Shown in pieces: positions 9,112 through 22,837 of a stretch of DNA of 39,250 nucleotides. Made by a program: the position numbers and the translations under genes. Below the pieces are notes generated by a model. The model was given only the letters and a program-made list of their open reading frames with translations, was not told where the DNA came from and did not search any database. This DNA is from Betaproteobacteria bacterium (lineage in GTDB: Bacteria; Pseudomonadota; Gammaproteobacteria; Burkholderiales; SHXO01). Within the stretch, counting starts at the first letter, position 1, and each line of letters begins with the position of its first letter. The stretch lies in assembly GCA_031379405.1 (NCBI GenBank), contig JANNFC010000563.1, forward strand, positions 1-39,250. Direction: 5' to 3'.

Positions 9112-9882
9112 ATGGCATTCATCACCCTGCAAAACCACCGCATCGAATATCAGTGGTATCTCCCAAGCGTCACGGTGCACGAGAATCCCATCGTGATGCT
9201 GCACGAGGGTCTGGGTTCGGTTTCGCTATGGAAGGAATTCCCGCAACAACTCGCCGACGCGAGCGGGCACGCCATCCTCGCCTACTCGCGTTACGGCTAC
9301 GGTGAGTCGGACCCCTTAACCGAGAAGCGCGAGCCGGCCTACCTGCACGACGAAGCATTGCTCGTCTTGCCAGAACTGCGCGAAAAATTCGCAATCAAAC
9401 ACCCTATTCTGTTTGGTCACAGCGACGGTGCCTCCATCGCCATCATTCACGCCGGCGCCCAACGTTGGCCGGTATCGGCCCTCATCATTCTGTCGCCTCT
9501 CGTATACGTCGAAGAAGTCGGTATCAAAAGCATCACGCAAGCGCGCGAAGCCTACCTCAACTCCGACCTCAAGGAGCGGCTCGCAAAACGGCACGCCGAT
9601 CCCCACTCCGCGTTTTGGGGCTGGTGCGATATCTGGCTTGATCCACGCTTCCTCGCGTGGAACATAGAGGAGTACTTGCCTCATATCGAATGTCCCGTTC
9701 TCGCCATTCAGGGTTACCAGGACCAATATGGCACCATGGAGCAGATCCATCGCACTGTGCGTGGCGTCGAAAAGGTTGATGCATGCAAGTTGGACGATTG
9801 TGGCCATTCGCCGCACCGCGATCAGCCTGATGCTGTCATTGCGGCCGTGACCACATTTCTGAACAGCATGAAGGGCAGCTAA
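9112..9882 (+). CDS. Alpha/beta fold hydrolase
   Basis: MLHEGLGS oxyanion motif, YSRYGYG, nucleophile elbow GHSDG, QGYQDQYG acid, CGHSPH His; start trimmed from 9043 to ATG 9112. Confidence 0.9.
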   Translation: MAFITLQNHRIEYQWYLPSVTVHENPIVMLHEGLGSVSLWKEFPQQLADASGHAILAYSRYGYGESDPLTEKREPAYLHDEALLVLPELREKFAIKHPILFGHSDGASIAIIHAGAQRWPVSALIILSPLVYVEEVGIKSITQAREAYLNSDLKERLAKRHADPHSAFWGWCDIWLDPRFLAWNIEEYLPHIECPVLAIQGYQDQYGTMEQIHRTVRGVEKVDACKLDDCGHSPHRDQPDAVIAAVTTFLNSMKGS

Positions 9883-9902
9883 GACGCAAGCGCGTAAAAT
9901 AG

Positions 9903-9963
9903 TAAAATAGGGTCAGGTCTATACTTACTTGTAACTTGTAAGTTTAGACCTGACCCTATTTTA
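9903..9963. repeat. Long AT-rich palindrome of the GGGTCAGGTCT...AGACCTGACCC type; likely bidirectional terminator
   Basis: 26-bp arms TAAAATAGGGTCAGGTCTATACTTAC / GTAAGTTTAGACCTGACCCTATTTTA (1 mismatch), 9-nt loop, between convergent hydrolase and serS. Confidence 0.8.
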
Positions 9964-9983
9964 TACGAATGAGGGAAGATAGG

Positions 9984-11279
<1,296 letters not shown>

Positions 11280-11287
11280 TTAGTACT

Positions 11288-12610
11288 TCAGGTCTTGTCC
11301 TTGTGGGCTTGGCTGTCGAGTTCGCGCAGGTACCTTAGGCGTTCTCCGATCTTGCCTTCGAGGCCGCGCTCCGTCGGTCGGTAAAAATTCTGCGGGCGCA
11401 ACCCCTCCGGAAAATAACTCTCGCCCACCGCATAGCCATCGGGCTCATCGTGAGCGTAGCGATAATCCTTGCCGTAGCCCATCTGTTTCATCAAATCAGT
11501 GGGCGCGTTGCGCAGATGTACCGGCACGGGACGGGAAGTATCGTTGCTCACCAATTCACGCGCCTTATTATAGGCAGTGTAGGCGGCGTTACTCTTCGGT
11601 GCGCAGGCGAGGTAAATGCACGCTTGCGCCAGCGCCAGCTCGCCTTCGGGTGACCCGAGCCGTTCGTAGGTTTCGCAAGCATCCAAGGTCAAGCGCAACG
11701 CGCGCGGGTCGGCCAGACCGATATCTTCGCTCGCCATGCGCACGATGCGACGGCCCAGATATCTCGGATCCGCGCCACCATCGAGCATACGGCAAAACCA
11801 GTAAAGCGCGGCGTCAGGATTGGAACCTCGCACGCATTTGTGTAACGCCGAGATCTGGTCGTAGAAAGCATCACCGCCTTTGTCGAAGCGGCGTAGTGCC
11901 TTGGAAAGAATGGTGGTGAGGAAAGGCAATTCCACCTCGACCTTGTTGTCCACCTTGGCCGCGAGGCCGACTTGCTCCAGAAAGTTTAGAAGGCGCCGCG
12001 CATCGCCATCGGCGGCAGCGATCAGCGATTCGCGCGCCTCTTGAGTTAGGGTCAATGCGTCCAGCGGGCCCTGGCACGCGCGATCGACGAGACGCGAAAG
12101 ATCGTCGTAGCCCAAGGGTTCGAGAACGTATACGGATGCGCGTGAGAGCAGCGCACCGTTGACCTCGAACGAAGGATTCTCGGTGGTGGCGCCGATAAAC
12201 GTAAACAGTCCGCGCTCGACAAAGGGAAGAAATGCATCTTGCTGCGCTTTGTTGAATCGATGCACTTCATCGACGAACAAGATGGTGCGTCGGCCATTGC
12301 GTTGCAGCGTTTCCTCGGCGCGCTGTACGGACTCTCGAATCTCTTTTACGCCGGAGAATACGGCGGACAGCGCGATGAACTCGGCATCAAAAGCGCCCGC
12401 CAGCAGGCGTGCAATGGTGGTCTTGCCCACGCCGGGCGGACCCCACAAGATGAGCGAGTGCGGTTTGCCGGAGCGTACCCAGAGCGAGAGCGGTTTGCCG
12501 TCACCCAGCAAGTGCTGCTGACCCAGCACGTCCTCCAGATGCTGAGGACGCATGGCCTCGGCGAGCGGCGCTTCCGGCTCGCGGCGAGCAAATAGGTCGG
12601 CGTCTTTCAA
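11288..12610 (-). CDS. rarA: Replication-associated recombination protein A (AAA+ ATPase, MgsA/RarA)
   Basis: PLAEAMRP, Walker A GPPGVGKTT, FVDEVHRFNKAQQD, GATTENPSFE, ASEDIGLADP, VPVHLRNAPT. Confidence 0.96.
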   Translation of the reverse strand: MKDADLFARREPEAPLAEAMRPQHLEDVLGQQHLLGDGKPLSLWVRSGKPHSLILWGPPGVGKTTIARLLAGAFDAEFIALSAVFSGVKEIRESVQRAEETLQRNGRRTILFVDEVHRFNKAQQDAFLPFVERGLFTFIGATTENPSFEVNGALLSRASVYVLEPLGYDDLSRLVDRACQGPLDALTLTQEARESLIAAADGDARRLLNFLEQVGLAAKVDNKVEVELPFLTTILSKALRRFDKGGDAFYDQISALHKCVRGSNPDAALYWFCRMLDGGADPRYLGRRIVRMASEDIGLADPRALRLTLDACETYERLGSPEGELALAQACIYLACAPKSNAAYTAYNKARELVSNDTSRPVPVHLRNAPTDLMKQMGYGKDYRYAHDEPDGYAVGESYFPEGLRPQNFYRPTERGLEGKIGERLRYLRELDSQAHKDKT

Positions 12611-12635
12611 CCGCGCGTGCCGTTAGCCAGCTTCA

Positions 12636-13244
12636 TTACTCGGTGATGACGTCAGCGCCGTCGGGTGGCGTGAATGAGAACACGCCATTGGCCAGCGCCG
12701 GATTCTTCTCCACCTTGGAAAACCGAATGGAAGTGATCTGCCCCAGATGATCGAACAACTCCATGGCTTCCAGCGTATTGCCGCTGAAACCCATGCGCAC
12801 TTTCTGGAACATGCTTTCCTCGCGAGGGAAGGCCTCCAGCCAGTCCAATCCGTTCTTCACACCCTTGGCGCTGAGTTGGTAGTGATTTTCGATTTCGTTG
12901 TTGCCCGCAAGCAGGGCGGCTGGGCTGCTGCCGATGGCGCCGTCTAGTTTCTTGACGGTGACTTGATTCAAATCCTTGTCGTACACCCACAACTTGACGC
13001 CGTCGCCGACGATGACTTGTTCGTAGGGCTTCTCGTACTCCCAGCGAAACTTGCCCGGACGCGAGAAAGAAAGTTTGCCACTGGTGGCGCTGATCTTCTT
13101 GCCGTTCTTGTCCAGTTGGGACTGGGAGAAACTCGCCTTGGCGCTGCGCGTGTCCGCGATAAACGCCTGCAGTTTCTCAATGCTTCCGGCGTACGACGCC
13201 GCCGCGCAAACACTCAACACAACGCCCAAAATCATACTTTGCAT
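12636..13244 (-). CDS. lolA: Outer-membrane lipoprotein chaperone LolA
   Basis: Signal peptide, RPGKFRWEY, IVGDG..LWVYDKDLNQVT, SPAALL, FTPPDGADVI; ftsK-lolA-rarA-serS synteny. Confidence 0.95.
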   Translation of the reverse strand: MQSMILGVVLSVCAAASYAGSIEKLQAFIADTRSAKASFSQSQLDKNGKKISATSGKLSFSRPGKFRWEYEKPYEQVIVGDGVKLWVYDKDLNQVTVKKLDGAIGSSPAALLAGNNEIENHYQLSAKGVKNGLDWLEAFPREESMFQKVRMGFSGNTLEAMELFDHLGQITSIRFSKVEKNPALANGVFSFTPPDGADVITE

Positions 13245-13248
13245 GGAT

Positions 13249-16667
<3,419 letters not shown>

Positions 16668-16711
16668 AGGATTGCAGTTGACCTCCCCTCGCCTCGGGAA
16701 TCTCCCCGGCC

Positions 16712-16763
16712 CTCTCCCCGCTCTCCCCGCTCTCCCCGCTCTCCCCGCAAGCGGTTGAGAGGG
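16712..16763. repeat. Tandem 9-mer (CTCTCCCCG)x4 running into an imperfect CCCTCTCCCCGCAAGCGG..GAGAGGG palindrome
   Basis: Copies at 16712, 16721, 16730 and 16739, then CAAGCGGTTGAGAGGG. Confidence 0.8.
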
Positions 16764-16787
16764 AGTTATTAGCGCATAGTTGATACA

Positions 16788-17381
16788 GTGATGGAACGCA
16801 AGGCGGGCAGGCGACGCGATCAAGAACAGGACGGGGCGGACCTGTTTCGGGATGCGGTGAAGGACGTGCAGCCAATTACCGCGCCGAAGCGCATTTCCGC
16901 CGCGCGCCCACGCCCTGACCCGCTGCCACGGCAGCGTCTGCAAGACGAAGCGCAGGTTATGAAGGACAGCTTGAGCGATGCGTTCAGCGCAGACGCTGCG
17001 CTCGATATCGGTGAAGGCCTCGCCTACTTGCGCGAGGGCATTGCGCGCCAGACGCTGCGCAAGCTGCGTGCGGGGCAGTGGGCCATTCAGGACAAATTGG
17101 ATTTGCACGGCATGCGCAGCGACGAGGCGCGCGCACTGTTGGCCGAATTTCTGGCAAGCTGCGTACGTCGCGGGCTGCGTTGCGTGCTGATCATTCACGG
17201 CAAGGGCGCACGCTCTCCAAACGGAGAACCCGTACTCAAGCGCCGCGTGGCGGGGTGGTTAATGCAAAGGGACGAAGTGCTGGCCTACATCGAAGCGCGG
17301 CCGGCGGATGGTGGCTCGGGCGCCGTGGTGACGCTGCTCAAATCGGCCCGGCGGCCAGCACCGCCTCCCGAGCCTGATTGA
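16788..17381 (+). CDS. Smr/MutS2-domain protein (SmrA-like endonuclease)
   Basis: LFRDAVKDVQP, LRKLRAG, LDLHGM, IIHGKG, VLK..V..WL, GGSGAVV; start 16788 or 16791. Confidence 0.92.
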   Translation: MMERKAGRRRDQEQDGADLFRDAVKDVQPITAPKRISAARPRPDPLPRQRLQDEAQVMKDSLSDAFSADAALDIGEGLAYLREGIARQTLRKLRAGQWAIQDKLDLHGMRSDEARALLAEFLASCVRRGLRCVLIIHGKGARSPNGEPVLKRRVAGWLMQRDEVLAYIEARPADGGSGAVVTLLKSARRPAPPPEPD

Positions 17382-17396
17382 GAAGCGTGAACTCCC

Positions 17397-17744
<348 letters not shown>

Positions 17745-17800
17745 CTATTGGTTGCTTCCCACGCGCCCGTGTGCCGGTGGAAGTCGCGTAGTATAGCCTC

Positions 17801-18934
17801 ATGCCGACGCATCGAATTCTCGAATCCGTGGGCGCCGTTCAACAACAAGAGTGGGACGCGCTCGCCGGTAGCAACCCTTTTATTCGCCACGCCTTTCTCG
17901 CCGCTTTGGAGGACTCCGGCTGTGTCTCCGCGGATACAGGTTGGACGCCCCGCGTCGTCACGCTTTGGGAGGACAGGCATCTGGTGGCGGCCATGCCGCT
18001 GTATCTCAAGACGCACAGTTACGGCGAGTACGTGTTCGATTGGGCGTGGGCACGCGCGTATCACGAACATGGTGTGCACTACTATCCAAAATTGCTTTGT
18101 GCCGTACCGTTCACGCCAGTGCGGGGCCCGCGATTGATGACGCCGACGCCGACGTTGCGCCAAGAGCTATTGCAGGCCGCCATCGATCTCACTCAACGCA
18201 GCAAAGCCTCCTCGTTGCACATCTTGTTTCCGCCGGACGAATACGTTGGCGAGCTGGAAAGTGCCGGCCTCATGCTACGCTCGACAGTGCAGTTTCATTG
18301 GCGCAATGCGAGCTACGAATCCTTCGATCATTTTCTTGCGGGTATGAGCCACGACAAACGCAAGAAGATCAAGCAGGAACGCCGGCGTGTGCGTGATGCC
18401 GGGGTAACTTATAGATGGCGCAGCGGACAAGAGGCCACCGAGTCTGAGTGGGACTTCTTCTGCCGTTGTTATTTCAACACTTATCGCGAGCATGGATCGT
18501 CGCCTTATTTGAATCGCCGATTCTTCCAGCGGATTACGCAAGTCATGCCGGACAATTTGCTGCTGGTGCTGGCGTTGTTGGATGGCGAACCCATCGCGTG
18601 CGCGCTCAACGTGCACGACCAGCACGCGCTCTACGGCCGCTACTGGGGCAGCAACGCATTCGTTCCAGGATTGCACTTCGATACGTGCTACTACCAGGCC
18701 ATCGAGTTTTGTATTCAACATGGCCTCCAGGTCTTCGAAGGCGGGGCTCAGGGCGAACATAAACTCGCACGCGGGCTTCTGCCCGTGCGTACCCAATCGG
18801 CGCATTGGATCGCGCATCCCGGATTTTCCCGCGCCATTGAAAATTATCTCGAACAGGAGGGGAGCGGCATCGGGCGCTACGTGAACGAGCTCAGTGAGCA
18901 CAGCCCCTTCAAGATAGCGCAGGTCGCCCCATGA
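17801..18934 (+). CDS. FemAB-like GNAT N-acetyltransferase (DUF482 family)
   Basis: PLYLKTHSYGEYVFDWAWA, YYPKL..AVPFTPV, QFHW, LYGRYWG, LHFDTCYYQAIE, FEGGAQGEHKLARG. Confidence 0.9.
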   Translation: MPTHRILESVGAVQQQEWDALAGSNPFIRHAFLAALEDSGCVSADTGWTPRVVTLWEDRHLVAAMPLYLKTHSYGEYVFDWAWARAYHEHGVHYYPKLLCAVPFTPVRGPRLMTPTPTLRQELLQAAIDLTQRSKASSLHILFPPDEYVGELESAGLMLRSTVQFHWRNASYESFDHFLAGMSHDKRKKIKQERRRVRDAGVTYRWRSGQEATESEWDFFCRCYFNTYREHGSSPYLNRRFFQRITQVMPDNLLLVLALLDGEPIACALNVHDQHALYGRYWGSNAFVPGLHFDTCYYQAIEFCIQHGLQVFEGGAQGEHKLARGLLPVRTQSAHWIAHPGFSRAIENYLEQEGSGIGRYVNELSEHSPFKIAQVAP

Positions 18935-19641
18935 AATTCGAATCTGCGTTGATCCTCGTGCGCTTGCTGCGTCGCTACAAACGCTTCCTTGCCGACGTCG
19001 AGTTTGCCGATGGGAAGACTCTCACGGCCGTGTGCCCGAACACAGGATCGCTCATGGGATGCGCGACGCCAGGATCGCCGGTGTGGCTGAGTCGAAGCGA
19101 TTCGCCCACGCGAAAATATGCGCACACTTGGGAACTTGTTAAAGTTGAAGGTGGAACGCTGGTGGGCATCAATACGCAAATCGCCAATCGCTTGGTGGAG
19201 GAAGCCATCCGGGGTGGAGTCATTCAGGAACTCAGAGGTTACGCCGACATTACGCGCGAGGTGCGCTACGGCCGCGAGAACAGTCGCATCGATCTGCTGC
19301 TGCGCTGCGGTGAGGAACAGCCCTGTTTCGTGGAGGTGAAAAACGTCACCGCGGCCGTCGCCGGCGGCGTCGCACTTTTTCCAGACTCCGTCAGCGATCG
19401 CGGCTCCAAGCATCTGCGCGAATTGATACAAGAGGTCGCTCGGGGCAATCGCGCGGTCATCCTTTTTTGCGTTCAACGTGACGACGTGACCGAGGTACGC
19501 CCAGCCGACGCCATCGACCCGATTTACGGCAAGACCTTACGCGAGGCGATGGCGAACGGGGTTGAAGCCCTGGCTTATCGGGCGTTGGTGACCACGAGTG
19601 AGATTAATCTCAGCGAGCGCATCCCAGTCGTTTGCCCCTAA
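18931..19641 (+). CDS. sfsA: DNA/RNA nuclease SfsA (sugar fermentation stimulation protein A)
   Basis: RRYKRFLADV, CPNTGS, REVRYG..SRIDLLL, FVEVKNVT, FPDSVSDRGSKHLREL; ATGA overlap with the upstream GNAT. Confidence 0.95.
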   Translation: MKFESALILVRLLRRYKRFLADVEFADGKTLTAVCPNTGSLMGCATPGSPVWLSRSDSPTRKYAHTWELVKVEGGTLVGINTQIANRLVEEAIRGGVIQELRGYADITREVRYGRENSRIDLLLRCGEEQPCFVEVKNVTAAVAGGVALFPDSVSDRGSKHLRELIQEVARGNRAVILFCVQRDDVTEVRPADAIDPIYGKTLREAMANGVEALAYRALVTTSEINLSERIPVVCP

Positions 19642-19828
19642 TAATTCATCCAGTCTAATCATGGTCCCGCAGGGCGCCGCGCCGTAGCATTGCATGGGAT
19701 GACGGCGATTGACCGCGCGGACACCGATGTCTCCACCCAGCGACTGGCGACTCGTTTTGAGTTGCTGGGCAAGGTGGGCGTGCGCCATGTGAAATTGGCG
19801 GGCAACGCCCTACCCAAGCCACACCAGA

Positions 19829-20083
19829 TCAGAGCACTGGTAACTTGTGCTGCTCCCTGGCCTGTGGTGAGGCGACCCGCCTGCCGGTGATGATTTCCTC
19901 CACTGCGCGCTGCTCGTCACGCCAATTTCCGAAGCTGCGGTAGATGAGTTTGATTGCGAGTATGCCAAAGAAACAAATAGCGACCAAGAAAACACCACCC
20001 CATAGCGCGTTGCAATCCGGGTAGCCCAGGGGTTGCACAACGCATTGCTGCGCATACACCATAAAACGCGCGAATAACTCCAT
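19829..20083 (-). CDS. Small hypothetical single-TM protein (84 aa)
   Basis: Strong RBS GGGGAGG upstream of ATG; hydrophobic helix LWGGVFLVAICFFGILAIKLIY; Cys pair before the helix. Confidence 0.55.
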   Translation of the reverse strand: MELFARFMVYAQQCVVQPLGYPDCNALWGGVFLVAICFFGILAIKLIYRSFGNWRDEQRAVEEIITGRRVASPQAREQHKLPVL

Positions 20084-20254
20084 TCCGACCTCCCCCTGCG
20101 CGACACTATTCTTGTTTTATGTATCGCGCGGACATTGCCTACTTCGATCATCTTCAGTGCGCCCGGATGTAGAACGCGCTGCGAAAAGTTTCCCGTTTGC
20201 GAAGATAGAGGACGCTCGCGCGGCCTCCCATTCCTAAACCACAGTGGTGCGATC

Positions 20255-20283
20255 CTACCGTACTACCGTACTACCCTACCGTG
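20255..20283. repeat. Short tandem repeat CTACCGTA x2 + CTACC + CTACCGTG (GTAG-containing on minus strand)
   Basis: Directly visible; the last copy contains the TAG stop of ORF 20276-20560. Confidence 0.6.
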
Positions 20284-20560
20284 AACTCGGCGTGACCGCA
20301 GACTGCGCCGTTTCTGGCTTGGGGCAAAACACCTCCAGTGATTCGTCGAAACACCAGTGCGTCCCAAAGCCACCGTTTTTCTTCACGCATTCATAGAGGT
20401 ACTTGCCCATCTCGTCGGTGTACTTGCAACTTTTGTACTTCTGCATCGCTGCCTCACGCTGAATTGTCGGCTGCGGATCGCCTTCGGCGAACGCAAATTG
20501 AACGCATCCGAGCGTAAGCACCGATGCGATAAATGTCTGAATTAAGGAGGATTGCTTCAT
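20276..20560 (-). CDS. Small secreted Cys-rich hypothetical protein (94 aa)
   Basis: Signal peptide ending AFA, RBS AAGGAAG, four Cys in the mature part (SCKY, YECV, HWCF, VFCP). Confidence 0.65.
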   Translation of the reverse strand: MKQSSLIQTFIASVLTLGCVQFAFAEGDPQPTIQREAAMQKYKSCKYTDEMGKYLYECVKKNGGFGTHWCFDESLEVFCPKPETAQSAVTPSSR

Positions 20561-20613
20561 GAGTGCTTCCTTGGTTGAGTCTTGCCGCGAGATTGTGGAT
20601 TGCCCTGGGCAGA

Positions 20614-20640
20614 ATCAGCTGGATCAACTGGATCAGCTGG
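20614..20640. repeat. Tandem 9-mer ATCARCTGG x3
   Basis: ATCAGCTGG ATCAACTGG ATCAGCTGG upstream of the secreted-protein gene. Confidence 0.6.
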
Positions 20641-20794
20641 TCTAGTGGGCATTAGCTCTGAATTCTAGGCCAAATTTGTCGTGAACACGCATCCCCGCCG
20701 CAATTTTTCTCGCACTCGCGGGGTGGGCAAGATGGGTGCGCATCGTAACCCGCCAGTCGCTTGACCGTACAGTGCGGCCCTGCACTGAGGGGCG

Positions 20795-21373
20795 CTATCG
20801 CAAGTCGCCTGCCGTAACGATTGAGCGCGTCCCGCGCGAGCGCAAACTCGCGAGGAGTCTTCTCTCGTCCGAGTCTACCGTAAACATATTTCGGTTGTGC
20901 GACAGCAACAATCCCTCGCTCACCGCGCGATCCAGGAAAGCCAGCAAGTGGTCAAAGTAACCGTCCACATTGAGCAGGCCGCAGGGTTTGCCGTGAATTC
21001 CCAACTGCGCCCAGGTCAGCACCTCGAAAAACTCGTCAAGAGTGCCAAAACCGCCCGGCAGCGCGATGAACGCATCTGAAAGGTCCGCCATTAGCGCTTT
21101 ACGCTCGTGCATGCTGTTGACGACGTACAGTGCACTCAGGTCCGAGTGGGCTAGCTCGCGTTCGACCAGGGATCTGGGAATAACTCCGATCACTTCGCCG
21201 CCCGCCGCCAACGCGGCATCGGCCAGCACGCCCATCAGCCCCACATTCCCGCCACCGTAGACCACGCCCATGCTCTGCAGCGCGATCATTGCGCCCAATG
21301 ATGTAGCCGCTTCGGAGAAGACCGCACGCACGCCGGCGTTGGCACCACAGAAGATACAGATTCTTTTCATCAT
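20795..21373 (-). CDS. LOG family nucleotide 5'-monophosphate phosphoribohydrolase (TIGR00730)
   Basis: ICIFCGA, VYGGGNVGLMG, SMHERKALM, ALPGGFGTLDE, WAQLGIH.KP. Confidence 0.94.
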   Translation of the reverse strand: MMKRICIFCGANAGVRAVFSEAATSLGAMIALQSMGVVYGGGNVGLMGVLADAALAAGGEVIGVIPRSLVERELAHSDLSALYVVNSMHERKALMADLSDAFIALPGGFGTLDEFFEVLTWAQLGIHGKPCGLLNVDGYFDHLLAFLDRAVSEGLLLSHNRNMFTVDSDERRLLASLRSRGTRSIVTAGDLR

Positions 21374-22833
21374 TGCGCTACCAAGTCGAAGTAACGCTCG
21401 ATTAGATCGGCATCGTCAAAATGCCGCCTGCCGACGAAAGCCGTGGCGTGACGCCCGGATTGGCGCATGGCCCCCGGGCTGGCAATCCCCATGGGCCAGA
21501 ACAAAAAGCGTTCGCCACGCTCGCTCCCGGCAACGATGCCATCCGCGCGGAAGGCACTGCGGCGGCCCTTGGCAGAAGGGAGCGAGCGCAAATCGTCTTC
21601 ATCGGCCAGGGTATAGGGCCGATCGCTCGCGGTCGTCTCATTCACCACGACGATACGCTCGATATAGTGGGTGTGCGAAGCAATTCGAATGACCACGCGC
21701 TGGCCGCGTTCGATAGGCGAAAGTTTTTGTGGTACGAAGGCGTACTCATCCAAGCTATCGGGCCTGGGTTTGAGCACCGCCACGGGCGTGGGAAAAAACT
21801 GGTGATAGCATCCGCATGCATGAATGCTATCGAACAACAGTGGCGTTCCATGTTCGTCCAAAGTCACTCGCCAGACTATGCCGTCGAGCGTCCCGCCGAG
21901 TAGATCGAAGGCCCCGGTTTTAGGGCGCGCCGGAAACCAAAGCGCATACTGAAGTTGCGGCAACACTCGATCGCGGTAGCGCGTCAACCCGACGCGTCGG
22001 TAGACCATGGGCACGGAGGTATCAACGCTCAATCGATCAGCGGAATCCCAGCGCAATGCGCCACCTCGGTCGAAATCCCCGGTCTCATCGACTTCAAAGA
22101 TGGGCGCATGCTCGTCGAACAGACGCGACAGATTCATAGCGCACCACCGCGGAATCTTCAATGCGCTGATCGCGGGTTCGCTGGTGCACGCCTCACTTTC
22201 CGAGCGCTTGATGGAGGGACCGTAGCGCACGAGCTTGCCGCGAACCTTGATCTGATCGACGGGTATTCGAAATGCCTCTTCCGTGTCTCGCTGATAACCA
22301 AGCACACCCGCCGCAAACGGAATTCTCGCCAGCGCGTAGATGCCCAACACGCGCTTCCAGGTTTGATAGTCTGGGGGCACCACAATGGCCTTCCTGACGA
22401 GCGCACGCTGTCGGTCATCGGATGCGTCGATCTTGACGAGACGCTGTCCACACCGGTCCAGTTGTTTTAGCACGGATTCATCCAGTGCGGCCTGGGGCAC
22501 ATTCCGCAGCTCGTAGCCGCGCGCTTTTAGATCCGTTTGACGAAGCAGATCGATCCATTCTTCGAACACCACCGGTTGCGCTATCTCGCCCTTAAGGGAT
22601 TCAAGGAAACGGGTGGCACGCAAATAAGGATAACCCGCGATACGCGCGTCGCCACCATCAATGACGCCCGCCTTAGCCACCTTTGAGTCGATATCCTGGA
22701 ATAGTCGAACGCAACCGCGAACCTCCGAATCAGCCGCAGTGTCGCTGTGTCGCGACCCGGTCGATTGCAATGAGGCGCACCCACTCAGCGCCAGCGCGAC
22801 GCCAAGGCAGGCCAAGTACCCATGCGTCATCAT
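21370..22833 (-). CDS. Uncharacterised lipoprotein (about 487 aa) with HxCGCxH motif
   Basis: Lipobox LALSGC after ATG 22833 (track start 23010 overlaps maiA); DSIHACGCYH and GAMRQSGRHATAFVGRRHFDD segments; tightly packed between maiA and LOG. Confidence 0.8.
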   Translation of the reverse strand: MMTHGYLACLGVALALSGCASLQSTGSRHSDTAADSEVRGCVRLFQDIDSKVAKAGVIDGGDARIAGYPYLRATRFLESLKGEIAQPVVFEEWIDLLRQTDLKARGYELRNVPQAALDESVLKQLDRCGQRLVKIDASDDRQRALVRKAIVVPPDYQTWKRVLGIYALARIPFAAGVLGYQRDTEEAFRIPVDQIKVRGKLVRYGPSIKRSESEACTSEPAISALKIPRWCAMNLSRLFDEHAPIFEVDETGDFDRGGALRWDSADRLSVDTSVPMVYRRVGLTRYRDRVLPQLQYALWFPARPKTGAFDLLGGTLDGIVWRVTLDEHGTPLLFDSIHACGCYHQFFPTPVAVLKPRPDSLDEYAFVPQKLSPIERGQRVVIRIASHTHYIERIVVVNETTASDRPYTLADEDDLRSLPSAKGRRSAFRADGIVAGSERGERFLFWPMGIASPGAMRQSGRHATAFVGRRHFDDADLIERYFDLVAQ

Positions 22834-22837
22834 CGCG

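Noticed and set aside
19642-19890. Possible gene remnant or ORF (19690-19890 plus; 19537-19788 minus) after sfsA
   Set aside because: No RBS, overlaps better-supported ORFs, no family recognised; a pseudogene fragment cannot be excluded without a search
20795-21373. LOG protein as a SLOG-type immune effector
   Set aside because: Single-domain canonical LOG with PGGxGTLDE motif; no TIR, Sir2 or other effector fusion
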